Source of the DNA: Spirochaetia bacterium
Lineage (GTDB): Bacteria > Spirochaetota > Spirochaetia > SZUA-6 > Bin103
Assembly (NCBI GenBank): GCA_965203905.1
Contig: CBDBDQ010000005.1
Span: 3,648,001-3,712,000 of the forward strand
Length of the DNA stretch: 64,000 nt
Direction of reading: 5' to 3'
Made by a program: the position numbers and the translations under genes. Positions 38,987-48,989 of the stretch are shown piece after piece (the first letter of the stretch is position 1; each line of letters opens with the position of its first letter). The notes beneath the pieces were generated by a model. It was not told the origin of the DNA. It worked only from the letters and a program-made list of their open reading frames with translations, and did no database searches.

Positions 38987-39220
38987 CTATCGAATGCGCG
39001 CCAAGTAGGCGTCTACCGCTTCGCCGTGCGGCAACCGACCGCGGCCGCGCCACTTGAGCAGCGGGTCCTCGGAATCCCGCTTCTGCGCGATCAGATTCCC
39101 TTGCACTGCCGCGACTTCGAGCACGGTCCCGGGGCGGATGCCAAGCGACTCTCTAAGTGCCTTGGGAATCGTGATCTGGCCCTTCTCCGAAACGGTAGTG
39201 CGATGACGCCTCTCTTTCAT
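38987..39220 (-). CDS. AbrB/MazE-family antitoxin
   Basis: VSEKGQITIPKALRESLGIRPG; leaderless promoter TTTACT(39255-39250)-17-TACACT(39232-39227)-6-ATG. Confidence 0.88.
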   Translation of the reverse strand: MKERRHRTTVSEKGQITIPKALRESLGIRPGTVLEVAAVQGNLIAQKRDSEDPLLKWRGRGRLPHGEAVDAYLARIR

Positions 39221-39274
39221 ACGTGCAGTGTAGATATTCTTACCTGTGCAGTAAACCAGTAGGGTATAATCGCG

Positions 39275-40198
39275 ATGACAGCCGGTTGTCGGCAAGGCTG
39301 CAGTACCGCCATCGCGGCCTTGACTATCGGATGGCAACCGTGTCTGCTCAGATCGCTGATGTCGGACGCCGTAATGAATGCACGGGTGCTGAGCTTCTAT
39401 CCGCTCGGGGCACCTGCCCTGCGGGTACTGAGCGCGGCGCAGATCAGGCAATTCAACGAGATGGGCTATCTGTTCCCGCTGGAGGTGTTCGACTCGCAGG
39501 AAGTGAAGGCGATGCGTGCCTACTGCGACGACCTGTTCGCCAAGGCGGTGGCCGCCGGGCACGGCAGTTACGGCATCAACGGCTGGCACTGCCACTGCGC
39601 CGGCCTCTACGATCTGAGTACCGAGCCGCGCATTCTGGATCCGGTGCAGGACCTGCTGGGCGAGGACTTGGTGCTGTGGGGCACCCACTTCTTCCTCAAG
39701 GAGCCGGGCGACAGCAAGCGGGTGAGCTGGCACCAGGACGCCTCTTACTGGCCGCTGTCGCCGAGCAAGACCGTTACCGTGTGGCTGGCGATCGACGACG
39801 CCGACGCCGGCAACGGCGCCATGCAGGTGATCCCGCGCTCCCACGTCAACGCCCAGCTCGCCTACAAGCGCAGTTCTGCGGAGGAGAACAACGTGCTGTC
39901 GCAGACCACGCTGGACGCCGAGGAGCAGGGCGATCCTCCGGTAACGATCGCGCTGCGCGCCGGGCAGGTGTCGCTGCACACCGACTGGCTGATCCACGGC
40001 TCGGAGCCGAACCGCTCGTCGCGCCGGCGCTGCGGGTTGACCCTGCGTTTCACCGCCGCCGACGTGCGCGCCCTGAACCCGGACTGGGCAACGCGAAGCG
40101 TGATCTGCCGTGGTCGCGACACCTCCGGCCACTGGGCCGACATCCCACGCCCGACGGGCGAGCTCATTCCCCCACCGCGCCGCACCTCTGAGCGTTGA
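39275..40198 (+). CDS. PhyH-family dioxygenase
   Basis: FNEMGYLFP, FFLKEP, WHQDASYW, NGAMQVIPRSH, IHGSEPN, RRRCGL; the true start may be downstream (about 39374). Confidence 0.88.
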   Translation: MTAGCRQGCSTAIAALTIGWQPCLLRSLMSDAVMNARVLSFYPLGAPALRVLSAAQIRQFNEMGYLFPLEVFDSQEVKAMRAYCDDLFAKAVAAGHGSYGINGWHCHCAGLYDLSTEPRILDPVQDLLGEDLVLWGTHFFLKEPGDSKRVSWHQDASYWPLSPSKTVTVWLAIDDADAGNGAMQVIPRSHVNAQLAYKRSSAEENNVLSQTTLDAEEQGDPPVTIALRAGQVSLHTDWLIHGSEPNRSSRRRCGLTLRFTAADVRALNPDWATRSVICRGRDTSGHWADIPRPTGELIPPPRRTSER

Positions 40199-40221
40199 CG
40201 TGCGCCCGAGTTCTCCCTTGG

Positions 40222-40584
40222 CTATGAAATGACCACGGCGCCGCCGGGCGCGACTTGAATGCTCAGGTGGTAGCCGTGTAGAAGAGACATGCCGACAAGA
40301 GGATCGCATTCGGCCTCGTCCACGGCAGTCCGTCTCCACATGTTGTCCCAGGAAACGGTTCCTTCGTAGATATCGAACAGGCTGTCACTCCCATCGGCCA
40401 GTACGGCGCGCCCCCGCCGACGCCAGACGAGGCCCAATTCATGAATGAGTGCTGCTGGGAGCGTCAGGAAGCCGTTGAATCCCGTGTCGACAACCGCGTC
40501 GATCTGTCGCGTCACGTTCGCGGGCCCTCGCACAACCAGAGAGACAGCGGCCTCACGGTAGGCGTTGACGCGTCCGGTCAGCAT
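40222..40584 (-). CDS. clan AA aspartic protease
   Basis: AVVDTGFNGFL, LADGS, PLVGMSLL; GGAGG upstream. Confidence 0.85.
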   Translation of the reverse strand: MLTGRVNAYREAAVSLVVRGPANVTRQIDAVVDTGFNGFLTLPAALIHELGLVWRRRGRAVLADGSDSLFDIYEGTVSWDNMWRRTAVDEAECDPLVGMSLLHGYHLSIQVAPGGAVVIS

Positions 40585-40856
40585 CCTCCAGTCGCCCGAT
40601 AGTGAGGTCCGAGCCGCCGAGCGTAACGAGAGCCAACGCGAACTGTCCACATTTGTGCATTGAGGTTGCGGGCGAGAAGCCGGTCAGATGCAGCCAGCTC
40701 ATCCTGATCAATCTCGTAGGCTCCGGATTCAATGTCGATCACGACGAACTTTCCCTCATCCTCGGGACTGACCCGTGGCCCGACGACTTCGTGGTAGATT
40801 GCGTCGCCGCGCCGTGCGAATTCCTCTTTGCTGTACCGAGGTTCTGGTATACGCAT
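40578..40856 (-). CDS. small DUF5678-like protein coupled to the aspartic protease gene
   Basis: RYSKEEFARRGDAIY...GKFVVIDIESGAYEID...VRVG; GAGGAGG RBS; overlaps the protease start. Confidence 0.65.
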   Translation of the reverse strand: MRIPEPRYSKEEFARRGDAIYHEVVGPRVSPEDEGKFVVIDIESGAYEIDQDELAASDRLLARNLNAQMWTVRVGSRYARRLGPHYRATGGC

Positions 40857-41019
40857 CCTGCGTCCTCCTCACGTAACGCTGCGGGTAGCAATAACGGCTC
40901 ATGGTACCACGACGCGCCCGGTGGGCGCGGATTGCTGGGCCGCCGCAACCGGCCGCCCAGCGATCCGGCCGTGCCAGACCGGTAGCTGGGCAGATGCCGA
41001 ACGCGTACACTTTCGGGCC

Positions 41020-42171
41020 ATGCGTATCGAGCCGCGCCGCCTCACCTCGGGGCCGGCGCACCACTTCTTCGGCTACTACGGCATCAACGTCTGGGATCGC
41101 ACCCGCCGTTACCACCTGGCATTGGAAACCGACTTCCACCGCCGGCCGCCGACACCCGAGGACCGCGCCCGCGTCGGCCTGGTGGACGCGGAGAGCGGCT
41201 CCTTCACGGTGCTGGCCGAGACCGGCGCCTTCAACCTGCAGCAGGGCAGCATGTTGCACTGGATCGACGCCGGCCGCGGCGAGGAGCTGACCTACAACAC
41301 CTGGCAGGGCGAGAGGGTGGTGTCGCACGCGCGGGCGCTGCACGGCGGCGCCACGCGCACCCTGGAGGCCCCCGTGGCGGCAGTGACCGCGGACGGCCGC
41401 GCCGCGCTGGGCCTCAACTACGCGCGCATGTACCACTGCCGCTCGGTGGTGGGCTACGCCAACGACACCGACCCGGCCACGCTGGCGATCGCCCCCGAAG
41501 ACGACGGCCTGTACCGCATCGACCTGGCCAGCGGCCGTGCCGACCTCGTGGTCTCCCACGCCCAGGTGATCCGCGCCGCGGCGCTGCCGGAGCCACCGAC
41601 CGGCCTGGTGTGGTTCAACCACGTGATGTTCAACACCGACGGCTCGCGGGTGATGTTCCTGTGCCGGATGCGCCGCCGCGGTGAGAAGGGGCTGCGCACT
41701 TCGCTGTGGACGGTGCGTCCCGACGGCAGCGAGCTGTCGCTGCAGATCGGCTTCGACCACAGGATCTCCCACTTCGCCTGGCCTGACCCCGACCGCCTGC
41801 TGATCTCCACCGACCTGCTCGGCACCATGCAGTTCATCACCTTCACCGTGGACCAGGGCGACTTCACGCCGTTCGGCGGCGGCGTTCTGCCCGCGGACGG
41901 CCACGCCTGCTTCTCCCCCGACGGCCGCTGGCTGGTGTGCGACACCTACCCGCAAGGCAGCGAGCGGATATCACAACTGATGTTGTACGAGATGGCCACC
42001 GGCCGGCGCGTGGACCTCGGCGGCATGTACTCCGAGCCGGTGTTCACCGACGACGTACGCTGCGACCTGCACCCGCGCTGGCACCCCGACGGCCGCTCGC
42101 TGACCATCGATGCCGTCCCCGACGGCAACCGCCAGATCTACCAGTACGACGTCGCGTTCATCGTCGGCTGA
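41020..42171 (+). CDS. TolB/oligogalacturonate-lyase-like beta-propeller protein
   Basis: HHFFGYY, NLQQGSMLHW, FNHVMFNTDG, SHFAW, DGHACFSPDG, DTYP, RCDLHPRWHPDG. Confidence 0.65.
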   Translation: MRIEPRRLTSGPAHHFFGYYGINVWDRTRRYHLALETDFHRRPPTPEDRARVGLVDAESGSFTVLAETGAFNLQQGSMLHWIDAGRGEELTYNTWQGERVVSHARALHGGATRTLEAPVAAVTADGRAALGLNYARMYHCRSVVGYANDTDPATLAIAPEDDGLYRIDLASGRADLVVSHAQVIRAAALPEPPTGLVWFNHVMFNTDGSRVMFLCRMRRRGEKGLRTSLWTVRPDGSELSLQIGFDHRISHFAWPDPDRLLISTDLLGTMQFITFTVDQGDFTPFGGGVLPADGHACFSPDGRWLVCDTYPQGSERISQLMLYEMATGRRVDLGGMYSEPVFTDDVRCDLHPRWHPDGRSLTIDAVPDGNRQIYQYDVAFIVG

Positions 42172-42448
42172 CTTCCCCGGCGATCCGAAGCAGACTGGCC
42201 GACTGCGCTCATGGCCTTGCGCTCGGTCGCGTCAGGGCTGTCACCGCGGCTCGCCCCTTGGCCGTTGCCATGGTGATGCCAGATGCCCCGGCCCCAAGCC
42301 TCTATCATCCCGGCCCGCAAGAACGCATGGGCGATTCCCGGATTGTACGGTATCGAAGCGTGCTCCTCGGTCAGCCGCTCGACCGACCAGCTTGTAGCTG
42401 ATCGGGTTGGGGTAGGGATCGAACATTTGATTCTCGCTCACGAGATCC

Positions 42449-43444
42449 TCACGGTATGGGCGTCGGCACGGCACAGCGGCGCGCCACCTCGCGTGCGAGC
42501 GCTCTGAAGTCGCGGTAGCAGCCGCGCACCGCACTCACGTGGCCACCGATGGCGCCATCCGCCGGTTTCAGGGCGAACATAGGCTTGCGCGCTTCCTGAG
42601 CGAGCGGCATGAGGCTGCGGAAGTGCTTGAGGATGGCGAGGCAAAGCGGGTCCTCCTCCATGGGCGGGCAGGGCCCGTCGCTTTCCCCAATGACCGAATC
42701 GCGGTATGCGCGCGGAATGCGATCCATCCACCGTTCGTATGCCATGAACGGACGGTTCAGACGCACCGCATGTGGGAGCACCACGTAGCCGATCGGCCGC
42801 ATGTCGCCACCCGGCAGGTCGAGGGCCGCCAACGGATTGCGGTCCCGCCGTTCCGACCACTCCCTGCGCCATCGATTCAGCGTCGGACCGAGATTGCGCA
42901 GACCCTGGAGCGAATGCAGGTCGGGCGCCAGCGGCACTACCACGTGATCGGCCGCCACCAGCGCCGCCCGGTTGAGTGCGCCGATGTTGGGGCCGACATC
43001 CAGCAGAATGAGGTCGGCCGCGCTGTCCTCGGCGGCCATCTGCAGCACTCGCCAGATCGCTGAAAGCAAGCGAAAGGCTCGTGGCTTTCGGTCGAGGCAG
43101 TCTGGCCAGCTACTCCCCAGTTCGTCCTCCGCGCCGGACAGAAGCATGTCGCCGGGGACCAGGACCACTCCCATCTCCGGCCGCGCGACCGCAGGTTTCT
43201 TCACGTCACCCGTGCCCTCCAGGAGCGGGCGCAGGGCCGAATAGATCGTGCCGTCGGTGCGGTCGTCGGTCCACAGCTCTTCCAGCTCTTTATCTTCCAG
43301 AAACGTGCTGGTGAGGTTCGCCTGCGGGTCGAGGTCGGCCACAACCACGTCGTAGTCCAGGTTGGCGTACATCCAGGCGAGATGGTAGACGAGTGATGTC
43401 TTGCCAACCCCGCCCTTGTTGTTGAATACGGCGATGCTCGTCAC
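42449..43444 (-). CDS. ParA-family ATPase (orphan, no parB)
   Basis: FNNKGGVGKTS deviant Walker A, DLDPQANLT, DVGPNIG, PLAPDL. Confidence 0.88.
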   Translation of the reverse strand: MTSIAVFNNKGGVGKTSLVYHLAWMYANLDYDVVVADLDPQANLTSTFLEDKELEELWTDDRTDGTIYSALRPLLEGTGDVKKPAVARPEMGVVLVPGDMLLSGAEDELGSSWPDCLDRKPRAFRLLSAIWRVLQMAAEDSAADLILLDVGPNIGALNRAALVAADHVVVPLAPDLHSLQGLRNLGPTLNRWRREWSERRDRNPLAALDLPGGDMRPIGYVVLPHAVRLNRPFMAYERWMDRIPRAYRDSVIGESDGPCPPMEEDPLCLAILKHFRSLMPLAQEARKPMFALKPADGAIGGHVSAVRGCYRDFRALAREVARRCAVPTPIP

Positions 43445-43632
43445 GGGACCGCCCTCACTTTGACCCCAACCAGCACCACGCTCGGCTTCCCGTGGCCCGA
43501 CAGGTCCTCCGCGAACGCACAGACGTTGCGCCGAATCTTCCTGCCATCGGCGGCCGTCTCCTTGCGTTCCACCAAGTCCGACTCCAGGTCGGACATCATC
43601 GCCTCGAGTTCGGCGTCGGAGTACGTCGCCAT
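43441..43632 (-). pseudogene. AlbA_2/Schlafen-domain protein, N-terminal stump
   Basis: ESDLVERKE...VCAFAEDL...VLVGVK followed immediately by VRAVP*, overlapping the parA start; the rest of the protein is missing. Confidence 0.7.
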
Positions 43633-43655
43633 CAGCTATACCGTTGGCAATGACA

Positions 43656-44051
43656 TCACGGTTTCTTCAGTTCCGGGAAGTAGGTGCCGTAGAATCCGCG
43701 GTCGCGCGTCAGGAAAACATCCGCGCTTTTCAGGGCATGGGCGGCGATCAGGAAGTCGGGGAGGATCCTCGTGCGTGGTCCACCGGCACGCCGGTATCCC
43801 ATCCAGCGCCGCCCCGCCTCCCATGCGACGGATGCATCGAGTGGTGAGAGTGTTACGTTGACCTGCTGCAGGGCGTTGTCCAGGGCGATCCGGTCGTCAA
43901 AGGCCGGCGCCAACTCCGCGTACACCACGTCACAGATGATCAGGGCGCCGCGGTCGTACGCGCTGCGCAGCCGCTGTTTCGACGATGGGCCGTGCTGTTT
44001 GTCCGCCAGGAACACGTCCAGCAACACACTGGTGTCGACCGCGGTAATCAC
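43656..44051 (-). CDS. vapC: VapC PIN-domain toxin
   Basis: AVDTSVLLD, VYAEL, PDFLIAAHA, LTRDRG; paralog of 38547-38984. Confidence 0.88.
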   Translation of the reverse strand: MITAVDTSVLLDVFLADKQHGPSSKQRLRSAYDRGALIICDVVYAELAPAFDDRIALDNALQQVNVTLSPLDASVAWEAGRRWMGYRRAGGPRTRILPDFLIAAHALKSADVFLTRDRGFYGTYFPELKKP

Positions 44052-44263
44052 CTGCCGCGAATCTCTTCAAGAAAGTCGTCGGTGCTCCCACCGTGGCCAA
44101 GCAGCCCGTAGACGCGTTCAACGGGATGCTCGGCGGTCGTACGCTTCCGTATGAGCAATCCGTCTTCGGTCGGCGTGATCTCGACCTCGACATTGTGATT
44201 CATCCCGTACCGTTCGCGCAGCGGTTTGGGTATGGTGATCTGACCCCGCTCGGAGATGTGCAT
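44048..44263 (-). CDS. AbrB/MazE-family antitoxin
   Basis: ISERGQITIPKPLRERYG; overlaps the vapC start. Confidence 0.88.
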   Translation of the reverse strand: MHISERGQITIPKPLRERYGMNHNVEVEITPTEDGLLIRKRTTAEHPVERVYGLLGHGGSTDDFLEEIRGR

Positions 44264-44349
44264 GTTTCTTCCAGTATGAATTGCCGACTCGCACAAACGT
44301 ACCCACTGTCGCGGAGTGTGGCAACCAGAGGAGTGCGGTGAAACAGGTC

Positions 44350-44454
44350 AGCGCCCCAAAACCGTCGCCTGTCGGCGCCGCTTTTGGCCCAGCCGCGCCG
44401 GTCCGTACGGAGTCCGTCGGACATGCCGCTAACGCGTCAATCCGACAGACTCCT
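44350..44454 (-). repeat. ~105-bp structured intergenic repeat, copy 2 (inverted)
   Basis: Reverse complement matches 25627-25732; begins at the TAG of dppC. Confidence 0.8.
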
Positions 44455-45562
44455 AGCGGTAGGGGTCGGCGGCGTCGCGCAGGCCGTCGCCAAGGAAGTT
44501 GTAGGCCAGCACGGTGACGATCACGGCGAACACCGGCAGGATCAGCCACGGGTTGATGCCGACGGTCTGCACGTTCTGGGCCTCCTTGAGCAGCACGCCC
44601 CAACTGGTCACCGGCGCGCGCAGCCCCAGGCCCAGGAACGAGAGCGAGGTCTCGGCCAGGATCATGCCCGGCACCGACAGCGTCAAGGACACGATGATGT
44701 AGCTGAGCATGCTCGGCAGCATGTGGCGGCGCACGATGTCCGGCATGCTGCTGCCGGCGATCTTGGCGGCGGAGATGAAGTCCTGCTCGCGTACCGACAG
44801 CAGCCGGCTGCGCACCACCCGCGCCAGCCCGGTCCAGCCGATCAGCGACACGATTATGGTGATGGCGAAGTACACCGCCAGCGACGACCAGTCGGGCGGC
44901 AGCGCCGCGCTCAGCGCCATCCACAGCGGGATGGTGGGGAACGACATGATCACTTCGATGACGCGCTGCACCGCCATGTCGGCGGCGCCGCCGAAGTAGC
45001 CGGAGATGCCGCCCATGGTGAGGCCGATCACCAGCGAGAAGCACACTCCGAGCAGGCCGATGGTGAGCGAGATGCGCGCGCCGTACACGATGCGCGAGAA
45101 CAGGTCGCGGCCCATGCGGTCGGTGCCGAGCAGAAAAACCACCCCCCCGTCGGCAACTGCAAACAGGTGGCGGTCGGTCGGGAACAACCCCCAGAACCGG
45201 TATTCCGGTCCGCGCCCCAACAGCCGGACCGGGTAGCGCTCGCCGGTCGGCGTATACGTCCGCCGCAGCGTCTCCTGGTCGATGTTCTTCTGCAGCCCGA
45301 TCATGTAGGGCGCAACCAGGCGCCCCTGGTCGAGGATGCGGACGCGCTGCGGCGGCACGAAGATGTACGCGACGTGGCGCTGCTCCAGCGTGTAGGGCGC
45401 CACGAATTCCGCCAGGATTCCCACCGCGTAGAACACGGCCAGCACCACCGCGCCGGCCACGGCCAGGCGATGCCGCCGGAAGTTGCGCCACATGAGCTGC
45501 CACTGCGAGGCGAGGTAGTAGCTCTCCCGCTCCGCGCTCTCCTGCCGCTGCGTGACGGCCAC
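44453..45562 (-). CDS. dppC: peptide ABC permease DppC/OppC
   Basis: [45 protein letters not shown]. Confidence 0.92.
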   Translation of the reverse strand: MAVTQRQESAERESYYLASQWQLMWRNFRRHRLAVAGAVVLAVFYAVGILAEFVAPYTLEQRHVAYIFVPPQRVRILDQGRLVAPYMIGLQKNIDQETLRRTYTPTGERYPVRLLGRGPEYRFWGLFPTDRHLFAVADGGVVFLLGTDRMGRDLFSRIVYGARISLTIGLLGVCFSLVIGLTMGGISGYFGGAADMAVQRVIEVIMSFPTIPLWMALSAALPPDWSSLAVYFAITIIVSLIGWTGLARVVRSRLLSVREQDFISAAKIAGSSMPDIVRRHMLPSMLSYIIVSLTLSVPGMILAETSLSFLGLGLRAPVTSWGVLLKEAQNVQTVGINPWLILPVFAVIVTVLAYNFLGDGLRDAADPYR

Positions 45563-45568
45563 GGGCTG

Positions 45569-46564
45569 CTAAGCCTCTGCCCGCTCGAAACGGATGCGCG
45601 GGTCGAGCACCACCAGCAGGATGTCCGATATCAGGGTGCCGATGACCGTCAGCAGGGCCAGGATGAACAGGAACGATCCGGCCAGGAACATGTCCTGGCT
45701 GAGCAGCGCCTGCAGCAGCAACGGGCCGGTGGTGGGCAGGCTCAGCACCACCGCCGTGATCGCCGAGCCGGAGATGATCTCCGGCAGCAGCCAGCCGATG
45801 GTGGACACGATCGGGAACAGCGAGATGCGCACCGGGTACTTGAACAGCAGGCGCACCTCGCCCACGCCCTTGGAACGCGCGGTGATCACGTACTGGCGGC
45901 GGATTTCGTCGAGCAGGCAGCCGCGCATCACCCGGATCAGGCCGGCGGTGCCGGCGGTGCCGATCACGATGACCGGGATCCACAGGTGGCTGATCAGGTC
46001 GAAGACGCGCGCCAGCGACCAGGGGGCGTCGATCATGTGCGGCGAGAACAGGCCGCCGATGCTGAGCCCGAACAGCCGGTAGAACACGAACATCAACACC
46101 AGCGCCAGCAGGAAGTTGGGGGTAGCCAGCCCGATGAAGCCGGTGAACGTGAAGCCGTAGTCGAACAGCGAATACTGGCGGGTGGCGGAGTAGATCCCGA
46201 TCGGGATCGCCACCGTGTAGGTGAAGATCAGGGTCGCCACGGTCACCAGCATGGTGAGCCCGAGCCGGCTCCAGATCAGCTCCGACACCGGCTTGTCCCA
46301 GCCGAACGACATGCCGAATTCGCCCCGCATCACGCCCCACAGCCAGATCAGGTACTGCTGCCAGAGCGGCTTGTCCAGGCCGTAACGGCGCCGCAGCGCA
46401 TCCAGCGTTTCGTCGTCGACCCAGTCGCCGGTTTCCGAGAACTCGGCTTGCAGGGCGCTTATGTAGTCACCCGGCGGAAGCTGGATCAGGACGAAGCTGA
46501 TGATCGAGATGATCAGCAGCGTCGGCACCATGTAGACCAGCCGCCGCCCGATGTAACGGAACAC
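45569..46564 (-). CDS. dppB: peptide ABC permease DppB/OppB
   Basis: RRLVYMVPTL, YGLDKP, ITARSKG, DILLVVLDPRIR. Confidence 0.92.
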   Translation of the reverse strand: MFRYIGRRLVYMVPTLLIISIISFVLIQLPPGDYISALQAEFSETGDWVDDETLDALRRRYGLDKPLWQQYLIWLWGVMRGEFGMSFGWDKPVSELIWSRLGLTMLVTVATLIFTYTVAIPIGIYSATRQYSLFDYGFTFTGFIGLATPNFLLALVLMFVFYRLFGLSIGGLFSPHMIDAPWSLARVFDLISHLWIPVIVIGTAGTAGLIRVMRGCLLDEIRRQYVITARSKGVGEVRLLFKYPVRISLFPIVSTIGWLLPEIISGSAITAVVLSLPTTGPLLLQALLSQDMFLAGSFLFILALLTVIGTLISDILLVVLDPRIRFERAEA

Positions 46565-46697
46565 CCTACCGGCTCACCGCTTTCGCGGCGGTCTCTCAGC
46601 GTTCAGGCGTTCACTGACGGGGAGACCGCCACGTTGCCGCGGCGCCTCCCCCTCGACGCGTCTCGCGAGCGCCGCCGTTCCGTCGCCGGACGGTCCG

Positions 46698-48623
46698 TCA
46701 TTCGACGTAATAGAACTGCTCCGGCTGGAAGCTCCCGGGCGAACGCGCGATGGCGCTGTAGGGCGCCCGCTCCGGTACGTTGCGCATCTTTGCGTTGACC
46801 ACCCCGATGATCGGCGGCGGCGGGCTCAGCGTGCCGATGTCCCACAGGTGCTCCACCTTGAGGCGCAGAATGTCCTTGAACAGCTCGTACTGCTTCTCGG
46901 TATCGACGGTCAGCTTGATCTCCTCGTACAGCGCAATGGTCTGCTTGACGTAGTCGGGCGGCTCTTCGCCGCGCTCGCCGCCGCTCTCGTACCAGTGCTG
47001 CCACGCCGGCGCCCACAGCACCTGCCCGCCGGTGGGTACGTAATAGCGCGGCCAGGTCAGCGGCATCATGGCGCCGCTGCCGCCCCACATGCTCACGTCC
47101 ATGTCGTTGCTCGAGTAGCGCTCCTGCCACAGGGAGCGTTCGATCACCTTCATGTTGGTCTTGACGCCGACCGCCTCCCAGTATTCCCGGGTCAGCTCGG
47201 CGAGGTCCGCGAAGTTGTCGGTGATCTCCAGGGTGAGGCTGAACTCCTCGCCGCTGAGGCCGAGCCGGAAGCCCTTGCCGTCGCGGGCGCTCAGCCCCAT
47301 CTCGTCGAGCAGCGCGTTGGCCTTGTCGGGGGAGTACTCCACGTAAGCGGTGGCCAGCTCGGGCAGGTGGAACGGCGACTCGGGAAACGGTTGCGCCTGG
47401 GACGGAATGCCGGCCAGGCCGCCGTACACCAGCTCGTTGATGTCGTTGCGGTTGAGCGCGTAGGACATCGCCTTGCGGAAGCGCGCGTCACTCACCACGG
47501 CGCGCTTGTCGGGGTCCCTGTTGGACAGGTTGATGCTGATGATGCCGTCCTGCTCCCGGTCCTGGATGTAGGTCAGGGTGCGGTAGCCGCCGCGTTCCTC
47601 GTTCTCCTTGAACAGGGTGAAGTTGGTCGGGCTCAGATGGCGGAACTGGAAGTCCAGCTCGCCGGCCGACGCTTTCAGGTTGATCACCTCGCGGTCGGTC
47701 ACCAGCTCGAAGGTGACCCGGTCGATGTAGGGAAGCTGGCGCCCTTCGGTGTCCACCCACCAGAAGTAGGGGTTGCGCTCCATCACCAGGCGCGTGGAAG
47801 CGGGATCGTTGGTCGCTGTCCAGGCGCTCAGGGAGGGATCGCCGGGCCTGTAGATCCGGCCGCCGCCGAGGTGCGGCCCGATAAGGTTGAGCCAGGATTC
47901 GACGCCGGCTTCCTTGACCTTCCCGTCCAGCTCGTCGGCGTCGGCGAAGTCGGGGTGGAACTGCCGCAGGAAATGCGACGGCAGGATGAAGTTGAAGCCC
48001 TGCGAGGCGCCCAGGAATGCCGTGAACAGGCCGTACGGATTCTTGAAGCGGAACCGCACCGTGTAATCGTCCAGCTTGTCGATCGCCACCGCTTCGCCGC
48101 CGACCGTCAGCCACCCCCAGGGCCGCGGGGTGATCTCTGTGTTGGTGAAGATATTGTCGTACCACCAGGTGAGGTCCTCCGCCGTGAAATCGTCGCCGTC
48201 CGACCAGCGGGTGCCGGGGCGCAGGTGGAACACGAACTCGCGCCCGCCGTCACTCACGTCGAAGCTGGTCGCCAGGTTGGGGACGATCGCGCTGACGTCG
48301 GGGGTGAAGCGCACCAGGCGTTGCGACATCAGGCGCTTGACGTTGGAGCCGTCCGCCGGACCGCGCCAGGCGCGGCGCAGGGTGCCGCCGTAACGGCCCA
48401 GCTCGTCGCGCGGGGTGATCACCAGTGGCTCGTCCGGCAGCCGCTCGGCGAGAGGCGGCAGGTCGCCGGACGCGACCAGGGCCGCCAGTGCCGGCGCCTC
48501 CATCACGCTGGCGTCGGCGGCGGTGGGCTCCGCCGCGGCGGGCTGTTCCGACTCGCCGCCGGCCCAGGCGCCCGCCGCAGACAGCAGCGCCAGCGCGGCG
48601 ATCGATGAGAGTGTTTGGTACAC
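46698..48623 (-). CDS. ABC family 5 solute-binding protein
   Basis: GAGGAGG RBS and GTG start, signal peptide, LPPLAERLP, YGGTLR, WSDG, RNPYFW, LPYID, FRKAMSYALNR; downstream hairpin at 46587-46630. Confidence 0.9.
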   Translation of the reverse strand: MYQTLSSIAALALLSAAGAWAGGESEQPAAAEPTAADASVMEAPALAALVASGDLPPLAERLPDEPLVITPRDELGRYGGTLRRAWRGPADGSNVKRLMSQRLVRFTPDVSAIVPNLATSFDVSDGGREFVFHLRPGTRWSDGDDFTAEDLTWWYDNIFTNTEITPRPWGWLTVGGEAVAIDKLDDYTVRFRFKNPYGLFTAFLGASQGFNFILPSHFLRQFHPDFADADELDGKVKEAGVESWLNLIGPHLGGGRIYRPGDPSLSAWTATNDPASTRLVMERNPYFWWVDTEGRQLPYIDRVTFELVTDREVINLKASAGELDFQFRHLSPTNFTLFKENEERGGYRTLTYIQDREQDGIISINLSNRDPDKRAVVSDARFRKAMSYALNRNDINELVYGGLAGIPSQAQPFPESPFHLPELATAYVEYSPDKANALLDEMGLSARDGKGFRLGLSGEEFSLTLEITDNFADLAELTREYWEAVGVKTNMKVIERSLWQERYSSNDMDVSMWGGSGAMMPLTWPRYYVPTGGQVLWAPAWQHWYESGGERGEEPPDYVKQTIALYEEIKLTVDTEKQYELFKDILRLKVEHLWDIGTLSPPPPIIGVVNAKMRNVPERAPYSAIARSPGSFQPEQFYYVE

Positions 48624-48707
48624 GATAACCTCCTCGTGGGAGTGCGGATGATAGTAGCGCTCAGAATAGCAGACCTCTGGTGCCCTGTACACGATTCCGG
48701 TTGATCG

Positions 48708-48955
48708 GGGTGCATTCCGTCACTGTGGTAGCGGTCAGGCAGCCTCGAGCTGGGTCTGGGTGGATTGGCGACCACGTTTCTTGCAGGCCCCCTCGACTGC
48801 CCCGCTGCCGATCGGCAGACCGCACGACCGATACAGCGGGTAGTCCATGCGCTGCTGGTTGGCCGTGAAGTAGTTGATCTCGCCCTGGAGGTCGTAGCAC
48901 TGCTGCTTGCTGTAGCGCCCACTGGCGTGCGATTCCTGCAGTTCCTTGATTTACG
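48708..48955 (-). pseudogene. ISKra4-family transposase C-terminal remnant plus IS end
   Basis: Manual frame: EINYFTANQQRMDYPLYRSCGLPIGSGAVEGACK, then TQLEAA* and the IR. Confidence 0.8.
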
Positions 48956-48989
48956 GCGGCCACGCACCCCTGGTGCAGCAGGCTGCGCC

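Noticed and set aside
42241-42441. Short reading frame MSENQMFDPYPNPISYKLVGR... after parA
   Set aside because: May be another gene stump, but no family could be recognised.
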